64,000 nucleotides of DNA from assembly GCA_945932615.1 (NCBI GenBank), contig CAMEQD010000006.1, forward strand, positions 5,825 to 69,824, given 5' to 3'. Under the pieces are notes generated by a model. It did not search any database. It worked only from the letters and a program-made list of their open reading frames with translations, and was not told the origin of the DNA. Position numbers and translations under genes: made by a program. This DNA comes from an uncultured Prevotellaceae bacterium. GTDB lineage: Bacteria; Bacteroidota; Bacteroidia; Bacteroidales; Bacteroidaceae. Shown here piece after piece: positions 54,557 to 63,535 of the stretch; position 1 is the stretch's first letter, and every line of letters begins with the position of its first letter.

Positions 54557-55375
54557 TCACTCCTCGCGCCTTCTTGCCACTCTGCGCTTACGCCCCTTAT
54601 CCTCAGCAACCTTCTGCACAGTCTGCACACCGGCAAGCTCGGGATCCACGAGGATACGGCCGCAATACTCACAGACGATAATCTTCTTGCGCATACGGAT
54701 ATCGAGCTGACGCTGAGGCGGAACCTTGTTGAAGCAACCACCACACGCATCACGCTGCACATAGACCACAGCCAGGCCATTGCGGGAATTCTTGCGAATA
54801 CGCTTGAACGCACTCAGCAAACGAGGCTCAATCGAAAGCTCCACACTATGCGCCTTCTCCTTGAGCTTCTCCTCCTCAGCCTTAGTCTCATTGACAATCT
54901 CCTCAAGCTCCGCACGCTTAATCTCAAGATCAGTACGGCGGTCTGCAATCCTACGGCTGCTCTCCAGATGATCGTCCTCACGACTGGCCAAAGACGCCTT
55001 AGCCTCGCTAATCTTTTTTGTATTCAACTCATTGTCCAAGCGCAGGAACTCAATCTGCTTCAAGAAATTGTCATACTCACGATTGTTGCGCACATTCTTC
55101 ATCTGCGTCTCAAACCGCTCCATGTCCAACTTATTCTTCTCGATGACAGCCCCACGATCAACAATCTCACGCTTCGTAGCCTCGATAGACTCATTAATCT
55201 TCTCGATACGAGTCTCCAGACCAGCGATTTCGTCCTCGAGGTCCTTCACCTCAAGAGGCAACTCGCCACGCACCGTCTTGATACGGTCAATCTCCGTCAC
55301 GAGTTTCTGCAATTCGTAGAGGTTCGTCAACTTCTCCTCCACACTCAATTCTGATGGATCTTTTGCTTTAGCCAT
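54557..55375 (-). CDS. Coiled-coil / C4 zinc-ribbon protein (COG1579-like)
   Basis: It has a long coiled-coil followed by CGGCFNKVPPQ...CEYCGRIL. The start at 55375 (MAKAKDPSEL) fits better than 55474. It is the conserved partner of nif3-like genes. Confidence 0.8.
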   Translation of the reverse strand: MAKAKDPSELSVEEKLTNLYELQKLVTEIDRIKTVRGELPLEVKDLEDEIAGLETRIEKINESIEATKREIVDRGAVIEKNKLDMERFETQMKNVRNNREYDNFLKQIEFLRLDNELNTKKISEAKASLASREDDHLESSRRIADRRTDLEIKRAELEEIVNETKAEEEKLKEKAHSVELSIEPRLLSAFKRIRKNSRNGLAVVYVQRDACGGCFNKVPPQRQLDIRMRKKIIVCEYCGRILVDPELAGVQTVQKVAEDKGRKRRVARRREE

Positions 55376-55407
55376 TTTCTGTATATATATATATATAATA
55401 TGTAAAG

Positions 55408-56178
55408 TTAAATCAGATACCTCACAGGATTCGTCACCACCTCCGTCATATAGACCGGCAAATGCGGAAACCAATCCTGCATCTTATCCCTCAGCAGTTC
55501 CACAGTATACTGCTCACTCTCCCAGTGTCCGAGCACCCCGATCTGCACCCTCTGCTCGAGTCCGAAGAAATCATGATACCCCATCTCCCCCGTCAGAAAA
55601 GCATCAGCCTCCTGCTCCAGCGCCTCTTCCAGCACAAACGCCCCCGCCCCGCCACACAAGCACACACTCTGCACCGGACGCTCCAGCAGCTCATTGTGAG
55701 CCAAGCAATCCACGCGGAACACCGACTTGACATGCTCCAGAAACAGACGCGCGTCCATCTCTGCAGGAAGATAGCCCACAACACCCCCACTCTTCCCCGA
55801 AGGCACCACATCAATAAGCCCCAGCTTCTCAGCCATCTTATAGTTCACCCCATCCTCAGCCTTATCGAGGTTAGTATGCGCACTATAGATGGCCACATCA
55901 TTCTGGATAGCCAGACGCACCACCCTCTGCACCAGCGTCTCATCACACACACGTCTCAACGGTCTGAACAACACAGGGTGATGGCTCACGATCAAGTTGC
56001 AGCCCAAGTCCACAGCCTCGCGCACCACATCCTCCGTCACATCAAGACACAACAAAGCCCCTGAAACCTCCGCCTCCGTCAGCCCAATCTGCAAGCCAGC
56101 ATTATCATAGCTCTCCTGCAGCGGCAGAGGCGCAAAATTCTCAAGGGCAGCAATCACTTCCTTAATCTTCACGCTCAT
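55408..56178 (-). CDS. Nif3-like dinuclear metal centre protein (YbgI/YqfO family)
   Basis: MSVKIKEVIAALENFAPLPLQESYDNAGLQIG and SHHPVLF are typical NIF3 motifs. Confidence 0.9.
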   Translation of the reverse strand: MSVKIKEVIAALENFAPLPLQESYDNAGLQIGLTEAEVSGALLCLDVTEDVVREAVDLGCNLIVSHHPVLFRPLRRVCDETLVQRVVRLAIQNDVAIYSAHTNLDKAEDGVNYKMAEKLGLIDVVPSGKSGGVVGYLPAEMDARLFLEHVKSVFRVDCLAHNELLERPVQSVCLCGGAGAFVLEEALEQEADAFLTGEMGYHDFFGLEQRVQIGVLGHWESEQYTVELLRDKMQDWFPHLPVYMTEVVTNPVRYLI

Positions 56179-56338
56179 AGTGAAATAAATTCCGCCGCGA
56201 AGTTACGAATAAGTCAGCAAAAAAACAAATAAAAAAGCAAAAAACTCGCCACACCACCACATAATCTCATAAAATTTCTCTACCTTTACACCCGATATAG
56301 AACAATCAAACACAACAATAAAACACGACATACACACA

Positions 56339-58342
56339 ATGAGCCTAAATACCCAACAAATCGCCCGTCTCGAAAGCCAAGGTTGCAGCTGCGACGACTG
56401 GAGCCAGATACACATCGCCCCCGAGACCAACCTCAAATACATACGCCAAGTACGTTTCTCCGGCATCTGCCACATCGGCAGCTTCACACGCGACTTCGAC
56501 ATGCCCGGAGGCATGAAGAAACACAGCGGCATCTACCGAGCCCTCCTCCACAACGTCAACGTCGGCAACGACAGCTGCATTGAAAACATCAAGAACTACA
56601 TCGCCAACTACGACATCGGCCACGACAGCTTCATCGAAAACGTCGACACCATCATGGTCGACGCCCCCAGCAGTTTCGGCAACGGAGTCGAAGTCTCCGT
56701 CCTCAACGAGACCGGCGGACGCGAAGTCACCATCCACGACCAGCTCACAGCCCACGAAGCCTACATGGCAGCCATGTACCGCCACCGTCCCCAGCTCATC
56801 GAGCGACTCAGACAGATGGCCCTCGCCCACACCGCCCGCCGCACCAGCGACCGCGGCCACATCTCCCCCCACAGCACCATCATCGACGCCCACATCATAC
56901 GCAACGTCTACGTAGGCCCCCACTGCCGCATCGAAGGCGCCTCACGCCTCAGCAACGGCTCCCTCATGAGCCGCCAAGAGAGCCCCATCTACATCGGCAG
57001 CGGAGTCATGATCGACGACTTCATCATACAAGACGGCACGAGCATCACCGACGGCACCATGCTCACCCGCGTCTACGTAGGCCAATGCTGCACCATGGGT
57101 CACACCTACTCCGCCACCGACAGTCTCTTCTTCAGCAACTGTCAGGAAGAAAACGGCGAAGCCTGCTCCATCTTCGCAGGCCCCTTCACCGTCACCCACC
57201 ACAAGAGCACCCTCCTCATCGCCGGCATGTTCAGCTTCATGAACGCAGGCTCAGGCAGCAACCAGAGCAACCACATGTACAAGCTCGGCCCCATACACCA
57301 AGGCTCCATGGAGCGCGGAGCCAAGACCACCTCAGACTCCTACATCCTGTGGCCTGCCCGCATCGGAGCCTTCTCCCTCGTCATGGGGCGTCACACCAAA
57401 AACCCCGACACCTCCCAGATGCCCTTCTCCTACCTCATCGAGAAAAACGGCGAGACCTACATCGTCCCCGGCATCAACCTCCGCTCCGTCGGCACCATAC
57501 GCGACGCCCAGAAATGGCCCAAGCGCGACAAGCGCCACCCCCAGCAGCGTCTCGACCAAATCAACTACAACCTCCTCAGCCCCTACACCATCGACAAGAT
57601 GGTCCACGGCCTCGCCATACTCCAACAGCTTCAAGAACTCTCCGGAGCCACCAGCGACACCTACACCTACCAAAGCGCCTCCATCACCCGTCGCTCCCTC
57701 AAGCGCGGCATTGAGCTCTACCGCATCGGCATCGACAAATTTCTCGGCAACTCCCTCATCAGCCACCTCGAAAAGACCCTCACCACCATCAGCCACCCCA
57801 ACCCCACCCACGAGCAAATCGTTCGCCACCTCCTCGACCACCTCGCCCCCACCAGCGACGAAGGCAAAGGCACATGGCTCGACATGGCAGGCCTCATCGC
57901 CCCCCACGCCCTCATCACCGACATCATCGACAAAGTCGAGCAAGGCACCATCGACACCCTCGAAGCCCTCCAAAGAGAAATCTCCCAGCTCCACACCCGC
58001 TACTACGACCTCGAATGGACCTGGGCCTACGACCTTATGCTACGCCACTACCACCTCGACCCCACCCACATCACCCCCGCCGACCTCATCACCATCATCG
58101 AGTCATGGCAAACCTCCGTAGTCACCCTCGACAAGATGCTCTACGACGACGCCCGCAAAGAGTTCAGCATCACCGCCCAGACAGGCTTCGGTTTCGACGG
58201 CACACTCCCCTCCACCATAGCCGCCGACTTCGAGCAAGTACGAGGCGATTTTGAAAGCAACCCCTTCGTCAGTGCCGTCACAGCACACATAGCCACAAAG
58301 ACCGCCCTCGGAGAAAAATGGAAGGAGATATTAAGGTTATGA
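56339..58342 (+). CDS. DUF4954-like protein (beta-helix-like N-terminal half)
   Basis: 667 aa. The start LNTQQIARLESQGCSCDDWSQI and hexapeptide-like stretches fit my memory of the family, which I cannot verify here. Confidence 0.65.
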   Translation: MSLNTQQIARLESQGCSCDDWSQIHIAPETNLKYIRQVRFSGICHIGSFTRDFDMPGGMKKHSGIYRALLHNVNVGNDSCIENIKNYIANYDIGHDSFIENVDTIMVDAPSSFGNGVEVSVLNETGGREVTIHDQLTAHEAYMAAMYRHRPQLIERLRQMALAHTARRTSDRGHISPHSTIIDAHIIRNVYVGPHCRIEGASRLSNGSLMSRQESPIYIGSGVMIDDFIIQDGTSITDGTMLTRVYVGQCCTMGHTYSATDSLFFSNCQEENGEACSIFAGPFTVTHHKSTLLIAGMFSFMNAGSGSNQSNHMYKLGPIHQGSMERGAKTTSDSYILWPARIGAFSLVMGRHTKNPDTSQMPFSYLIEKNGETYIVPGINLRSVGTIRDAQKWPKRDKRHPQQRLDQINYNLLSPYTIDKMVHGLAILQQLQELSGATSDTYTYQSASITRRSLKRGIELYRIGIDKFLGNSLISHLEKTLTTISHPNPTHEQIVRHLLDHLAPTSDEGKGTWLDMAGLIAPHALITDIIDKVEQGTIDTLEALQREISQLHTRYYDLEWTWAYDLMLRHYHLDPTHITPADLITIIESWQTSVVTLDKMLYDDARKEFSITAQTGFGFDGTLPSTIAADFEQVRGDFESNPFVSAVTAHIATKTALGEKWKEILRL

Positions 58343-58611
58343 GGTCGCTTCGCTTGTGAGGTTGGCTGCGCCTTCGTTTCCTACGCTCGGCAGAGCAAGC
58401 GAGCTTTCTCTGCTCTCGCTTATCGGAAACGTTTTAAGGTTATAAGGTTGAAATGACCTTAACCTTAAATACTCATTAAACGACTCTCAAACAAACCTTA
58501 AATGGACATTAAAAAACTTAAACCTCACTAATAACCTCAAAAAATAACCTCAAAACCATAAAACCTCAAAACCTTATAACCTTATAACCTTAAAAATAAC
58601 CTTATAAAAAA
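58331..58611. repeat. Intergenic palindromic element, GAGGTT/AACCTC type, with a nested ~70-bp insertion
   Basis: The left arm contains AAGGTTATGAGGTCGCTTCGCTTGTGAGG. The nested segment at 58361-58432 is bounded by CGTTTCC / GGAAACG. The core AAACAAACCTTAAATGGACATTAAAAAACTTAAACCTCAC is shared with 59657-59691. Confidence 0.9.
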
Positions 58612-59589
58612 ATGCCCTACCGATTACCAGCAGAATGGGAGCCCCAGGAAGCCATACAGCTCACATGGCCCCACAACGGGACAGACTGGAAGCCCGTCAT
58701 ACAAGAAGTCACCGAGTGCTACATCAACATAGCACGCGAGATCTCCAAGCGCGAGAAGCTCTGGATCGTCACCCCCGAGCCCCAAAAAGTAGAACGCCTT
58801 CTCCGCAACCACCTCGACCAGCACAGCCTCGCCCGCATCACATACTACCGCATACCCACCAACGACACCTGGGCACGCGACCACGCCTTCATAACCCTCC
58901 TCCCCACCGACACCACCACCCCACAACCCCGCCATCTCCTCGACTTCCGCTTCAACGCCTGGGGAGGCAAATTTGAAGCCACCCTCGACAACGACATCAA
59001 CCGCCAGCTCCACGCCGTCCACCCCACACTCTCAAACGACACCTACGAAGACCACCTCGACTTCGAGCTCGAAGGCGGCAGCATCGAAAGCGACGGTCAA
59101 GGCACCATACTCACCACCGCCCAATGCAACCTCAACCCCAACCGCCGCCACACCACCGACGACGTAGAGACAGAACTCAAGCGCCGTCTCCACGCCCAGC
59201 GCATACTCTGGCTACACCACGGCGGTCTCGAGCAAGACGACACCGACGCCCACATCGACACCCTCGCCCGTTTCTGCCCCAACGACACCATAATATACAG
59301 CGAAGGCTTCCCCTCTATGCACACCGAGCTCCAAGCCATGCGCACCCCCCAAGGCCGCCCCTACCACTTAGTCAGCGTCCCCAAGTACTACGCCAACTTC
59401 CTCATCATCAACCGAGCCGTCCTCGTCCCCACCTACGCCGTCCCCGACGACGACCAGCGAGCCCTCCAAGCCATCAGCACCGTCTTCCCCGACCGCGAAA
59501 TCATAGGAATAGACTGCCGCATACTACTCACACAGAAAGGCAGCCTACACTGCTGCACGATGCAGTATCCGAGTGAGGTTATTTTGTGA
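58612..59589 (+). CDS. aguA: Agmatine deiminase
   Basis: MPYRLPAEWEPQEAIQLTWPH..., DTWARD and a terminal GSLHCCTMQ (catalytic Cys region) are present. Confidence 0.9.
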   Translation: MPYRLPAEWEPQEAIQLTWPHNGTDWKPVIQEVTECYINIAREISKREKLWIVTPEPQKVERLLRNHLDQHSLARITYYRIPTNDTWARDHAFITLLPTDTTTPQPRHLLDFRFNAWGGKFEATLDNDINRQLHAVHPTLSNDTYEDHLDFELEGGSIESDGQGTILTTAQCNLNPNRRHTTDDVETELKRRLHAQRILWLHHGGLEQDDTDAHIDTLARFCPNDTIIYSEGFPSMHTELQAMRTPQGRPYHLVSVPKYYANFLIINRAVLVPTYAVPDDDQRALQAISTVFPDREIIGIDCRILLTQKGSLHCCTMQYPSEVIL

Positions 59590-59823
59590 GGTTTTAAGGT
59601 TTTAAGGTTGTGAGGTTGTAAGGTTGTATATCTTTAGCCATTAAACAACCATTAAACAAACCTTAAATGGACATTAAAAACTTAAACCTCACAAAATAAC
59701 CTCAAGACTATAAAACCTTATAACCTCAAAAAAATAACCTAAAAACCTCAAAACCTCATAACCTTAAAAAATAACCTCAAAACCTTATAACCTCATAACC
59801 TTAAAAAATAACCTCAAAAAAAA
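59570..59823. repeat. Intergenic palindromic element, GAGGTT/AACCTC type
   Basis: The left arm is GAGGTTATTTTGTGAGGTTTTAAGGTTTTAAGGTTGTGAGGTTGTAAGG. The core is CCATTAAACAACCATTAAACAAACCTTAAATGGACATTAAAAAC. The ~135-nt A/C-rich right arm ends at the aguB ATG. Confidence 0.9.
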
Positions 59824-60699
59824 ATGAAACTCGGAATCATCCAACAAAGCTGCGGCCCCGACATTGCCGCCAACAAAGAGAAGCTCGCCGCCAACATACG
59901 CCGTGCCGCCCATCAAGGCGCAGAGCTCGTTGTCCTGCAAGAGCTCCACAACACCCCATACTTCTGTCAGACAGAAAACCCAGAGCACTTCGACCTCGCC
60001 GAGCCAATCCCCGGTCCCAGCACCGCCTACTACGGAGCCCTCGCCGCCGAGCTCAACATAGTCCTCGTCACCTCCCTCTTCGAACGCCGCGCCCCCGGCC
60101 TCTACCACAACACCGCCGTCGTCCTCGACAAAGACGGCAGCATCGCAGGCACCTACCGCAAGATGCACATACCCGACGACCCCGCATACTACGAGAAATT
60201 CTACTTCACCCCCGGCGACACAGGCTTCACCCCCATCGACACCAGCCTCGGCCGCCTCGGTGTCCAAGTATGCTGGGATCAATGGTACCCCGAAGGCGCC
60301 CGCCTCATGGCCCTCGCAGGAGCCCAGCTCCTCATCTACCCCACCGCCATCGGCTATGAAAGCAGCGACACCCCCGAAGAACAAGAACGCCAGCGCGAAG
60401 CCTGGACCACCGTCCAGCGCGGCCACGCCGTAGCCAACGGCCTGCACATCATCGCCGTCAACCGCACCGGCCACGAACCCGACCCCTCAGGCCAGACCCA
60501 AGGCATACAGTTCTGGGGCAGCTCATTCGTAGCAGGTCCCCAAGGCGAAATCCTCTACCGCGCCCCCAAAGACCAAGAAGTCGTCCAAGTCATCGACATC
60601 GACATGACCCGCAGCGAGCAAGTACGCCGATGGTGGCCCTTCCTACGCGACCGCCGCATCGAAAACTACACCGACCTGACAAAACGATACCGCGACTGA
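59824..60699 (+). CDS. aguB: N-carbamoylputrescine amidase (carbon-nitrogen hydrolase)
   Basis: ELVVLQELHNTPYFC, YRKMHIPDDP and VQVCWDQWYPE form the nitrilase-superfamily E-K-C triad context. It is adjacent to aguA. Confidence 0.9.
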   Translation: MKLGIIQQSCGPDIAANKEKLAANIRRAAHQGAELVVLQELHNTPYFCQTENPEHFDLAEPIPGPSTAYYGALAAELNIVLVTSLFERRAPGLYHNTAVVLDKDGSIAGTYRKMHIPDDPAYYEKFYFTPGDTGFTPIDTSLGRLGVQVCWDQWYPEGARLMALAGAQLLIYPTAIGYESSDTPEEQERQREAWTTVQRGHAVANGLHIIAVNRTGHEPDPSGQTQGIQFWGSSFVAGPQGEILYRAPKDQEVVQVIDIDMTRSEQVRRWWPFLRDRRIENYTDLTKRYRD

Positions 60700-60807
60700 C
60701 CCCACCATCAGCCAAAAAGTCACGAAACACGACATTTTGGCTGAAAATCAAACATTTGCACACCCCTTGCAGCATAGTCAGCGAAAACACAAAAAAAACA
60801 CAAGACT

Positions 60808-62880
60808 ATGCAGAACAACAACCACACCCCCCAGCAGGCCGAAGGCAAAGCCCTCGACCGCTTCGCCCGAAACCTCGTCGACGACGCCAAGCGCGGCAAG
60901 CTCGACCCCGTCATCGGGCGCGACGAAGAAATACGCCGCGTGCTCCAGATCCTCAGCCGCCGCACCAAGAACAACCCCATCCTCATCGGCGAACCCGGCA
61001 CCGGCAAGACCGCCATCGTCGAAGGCCTCGCCCACCGCATACTACGCGGCGACGTGCCCGAAAACCTCAAAGGCAAACAACTCTACTCCCTCGACATGGG
61101 AGCCCTCATCGCCGGCGCCAAATACCAAGGCGAATTTGAAGAGCGCCTCAAAGGCGTCATCAACGAAGTCACCCAGTCCGAAGGCGACATCATACTCTTC
61201 ATCGACGAGATCCACACCCTCGTAGGCGCAGGTCAAAGCCAAGGAGCCATGGACGCCGCCAACATACTCAAGCCAGCCCTCGCACGCGGCGAGCTGCGCT
61301 CCATCGGCGCCACCACCCTCAACGAGTACCAGAAATACTTCGAGAAAGACAAAGCCCTCGAACGCCGTTTCCAGACCGTCATCGTCGACGAGCCCGACGT
61401 ACAAAGCAGCATCTCCATACTCCGCGGCCTCAAAGAACGCTACGAGCAGCACCACCACGTACGCATACAAGACGACGCCATCATCTCAGCCGTCACCCTC
61501 TCGCACCGCTACATCACCGACCGCTTCCTCCCCGACAAAGCCATCGACCTCATGGACGAAGCCGCCGCCCACCTCCGCATGGAGCGCGACTCCGTCCCCG
61601 AAGAACTCGACGAGCTCATACGCCGCGAGAAGCAACTCGAAATCGAGCGCGAAGCCATCAAGCGCGAGAACGACAAGCCCAAGCTCGCCGCCATCGAGCA
61701 AGAGATCAGCCACATACAGCAAGAGCTCGCCACCATGAAGCAACAATGGGAATCCGAGAAAGCCCAAGCCGAAAAGATTCAAAACATCAAGACCCGCCAG
61801 CAGACCCTACGCGACGAATCCGAACGCCGCGAGCGCGAAGGCGACTACGCCCGCGTAGCCGAGATACGCTACAGCGAACTCCCCCGCCTTGAGCAAGAAC
61901 TCAAAGACATGGACAGCGCCATCTCCAGCGACTCACGCCTCCTGCGCGAAGAAGTCACCCCCCAAGACATCGCCGACATCGTCTCACGCTGGACCGGCAT
62001 ACCCGTAAGCCGCATGCAGCAAAGCGAGCGCGACAAGCTCCTCAACCTCGAAACCGAGCTCCACCACCGCGTCGTAGGCCAAGACCAAGCCATCGCAGCC
62101 GTCTCCGACGCCATACGCCGCTCCCGCGCCGGCCTCCAAGACCCCAAGCGCCCCATCGGCTCCTTCATCTTCCTCGGCACCACCGGTGTCGGCAAGACCG
62201 AGCTCGCCCGCGCCCTGGCCGAATACCTCTTCGACGACGAACAAATGATGACCCGCATCGACATGAGCGAATACCAAGAGAAATTCTCCGTCACCCGCCT
62301 CATCGGAGCCCCTCCGGGCTACGTAGGCTACGACGAAGGCGGCCAGCTCACCGAAGCCGTACGCCGCAAGCCATACAGCGTCGTCCTCTTTGACGAAATC
62401 GAGAAAGCCCACCCCGACGTCTTCAACACCCTCCTCCAAGTCCTCGACGACGGACGTCTCACCGACAGCAAAGGCCGCCTCGTAAACTTCAAGAACACCC
62501 TCATCATCATGACCTCCAACTACACACGCGAGCAACTCTACCAGACCGTCCGTCCCGAGTTCCTCAACCGCGTCGACGAGATCATCACCTTCACCCCCCT
62601 CAGTCAGAGCCAGATACACGAAATCGTCACCCTCCAGCTCGACACCATCAAGAAGCGGCTCGCAGAGAACAACATCACCCTCACCATCACCCCCGAAGCC
62701 ATCGACCTGCTCACACGCGAAGGCTACGACCCCGCCTTCGGCGCCCGTCCCGTCAAGCGTGCCATACAGCGTCTGCTCCTCAACGACCTGAGCAAGACCA
62801 TGCTCACAGGCAAGATCGACACCACACGCCCCGTCGTCGTCAGCAGCACAGGCCAAGGACTCAGCTTCACAAACCAGTAA
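60808..62880 (+). CDS. clpB: ClpB-type AAA+ disaggregase lacking the N-terminal domain
   Basis: It starts at ...[60 protein letters not shown], which is the position where the E. coli short ClpB isoform begins. It has two AAA+ modules and a coiled-coil M-domain, for 690 aa total. Confidence 0.9.
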   Translation: MQNNNHTPQQAEGKALDRFARNLVDDAKRGKLDPVIGRDEEIRRVLQILSRRTKNNPILIGEPGTGKTAIVEGLAHRILRGDVPENLKGKQLYSLDMGALIAGAKYQGEFEERLKGVINEVTQSEGDIILFIDEIHTLVGAGQSQGAMDAANILKPALARGELRSIGATTLNEYQKYFEKDKALERRFQTVIVDEPDVQSSISILRGLKERYEQHHHVRIQDDAIISAVTLSHRYITDRFLPDKAIDLMDEAAAHLRMERDSVPEELDELIRREKQLEIEREAIKRENDKPKLAAIEQEISHIQQELATMKQQWESEKAQAEKIQNIKTRQQTLRDESERREREGDYARVAEIRYSELPRLEQELKDMDSAISSDSRLLREEVTPQDIADIVSRWTGIPVSRMQQSERDKLLNLETELHHRVVGQDQAIAAVSDAIRRSRAGLQDPKRPIGSFIFLGTTGVGKTELARALAEYLFDDEQMMTRIDMSEYQEKFSVTRLIGAPPGYVGYDEGGQLTEAVRRKPYSVVLFDEIEKAHPDVFNTLLQVLDDGRLTDSKGRLVNFKNTLIIMTSNYTREQLYQTVRPEFLNRVDEIITFTPLSQSQIHEIVTLQLDTIKKRLAENNITLTITPEAIDLLTREGYDPAFGARPVKRAIQRLLLNDLSKTMLTGKIDTTRPVVVSSTGQGLSFTNQ

Positions 62881-62899
62881 ACGACACTTTGATACAACC

Positions 62900-63529
62900 A
62901 TGGACAACATCCTCAATCCCGAAACCCTCATCTGGGCAACAGTAAGTATCACAATCGTCGTATACATAGCCTACGTCATCAAGAAAGACTACGAGAAGTA
63001 CAAATCCTATCTCAGCGGCAACGCCCCCAAGGAACACATCGCAGCAAAACTGATGCGCAGTATCCTCAAGGAAATAGGCTGCCAGACAAAAGAAGAAAGC
63101 GACGGCACGCTCTATGCCCGATATAAAGGGGAAACCTTCCAGATGATGTTTCGCAAAACGTACGCCCAGATATGGGACCCCACATGGTCAAGCATCGAAG
63201 CAGACGACCCGGAGTTGCCGAAGCTACGCGAAGCAATAAATCTTGCAAACTTCAGCTCCGGCCCCACAGTCGTCATGTCACCGCCAGACGAAAAAGGAGT
63301 CATAAACATACACAGCCGGCTCGACATCATGCTACACCCGGCGTGTCCCGACAACGCAATCTTCGTTCAGGCAGCCCTCGAATCATTCTTCTCCATAAAA
63401 GACCGGGTACGAGACAAAATCCAGGAGATCGACGCCCAGCAGCAAGAAGCCACCAAGAAGCACCGTCCCATAGGCTTCACCACAGAATCTCAAAACACAG
63501 AAAAAACAGAAAAAACACAAAACACTTAA
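62900..63529 (+). CDS. Hypothetical membrane-anchored protein
   Basis: It has an N-terminal TM (LIWATVSITIVVYIAYVI) and begins 19 nt after clpB. Its C-terminal codons are A/C-rich low complexity. Confidence 0.55.
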   Translation: MDNILNPETLIWATVSITIVVYIAYVIKKDYEKYKSYLSGNAPKEHIAAKLMRSILKEIGCQTKEESDGTLYARYKGETFQMMFRKTYAQIWDPTWSSIEADDPELPKLREAINLANFSSGPTVVMSPPDEKGVINIHSRLDIMLHPACPDNAIFVQAALESFFSIKDRVRDKIQEIDAQQQEATKKHRPIGFTTESQNTEKTEKTQNT

Positions 63530-63535
63530 AAAAAA

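Noticed and set aside
57085-58254. Pro/Arg/His/Ser-rich alternative-frame ORFs on the plus strand (57085-57714, 57711-58121, 57874-58254; also 59124-59576, 60630-61225, 63172-63753)
   Set aside because: These are same-strand frame-shifted readings of C-rich coding sequence. They are low complexity and have no independent start context.
60756-60771. Sigma-54-like sequence TTGCAC-ACCCC-TTGCA upstream of clpB
   Set aside because: The spacing and the -12 element fit, but the near-invariant -24 GG is TG here. It is worth testing alongside the hsp20 promoter, but I cannot support it as a promoter call.
61984-62967. 327-aa minus-strand ORF (similar cases: 59785-60474, 57332-57994, 56345-56923, 30962-31954, 54518-55354, 55462-56064, 48906-49796, 13570-14343, 8292-9020)
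   Set aside because: Each is antisense or out of frame to a gene with unmistakable family motifs (clpB, aguB, DUF4954-like, the CDP-alcohol transferase, the zinc-ribbon protein, nif3, guaD, carB, the helicase). The translations are compositionally odd (Val/Gly/Glu/Asp or Leu/His/Gln-rich).
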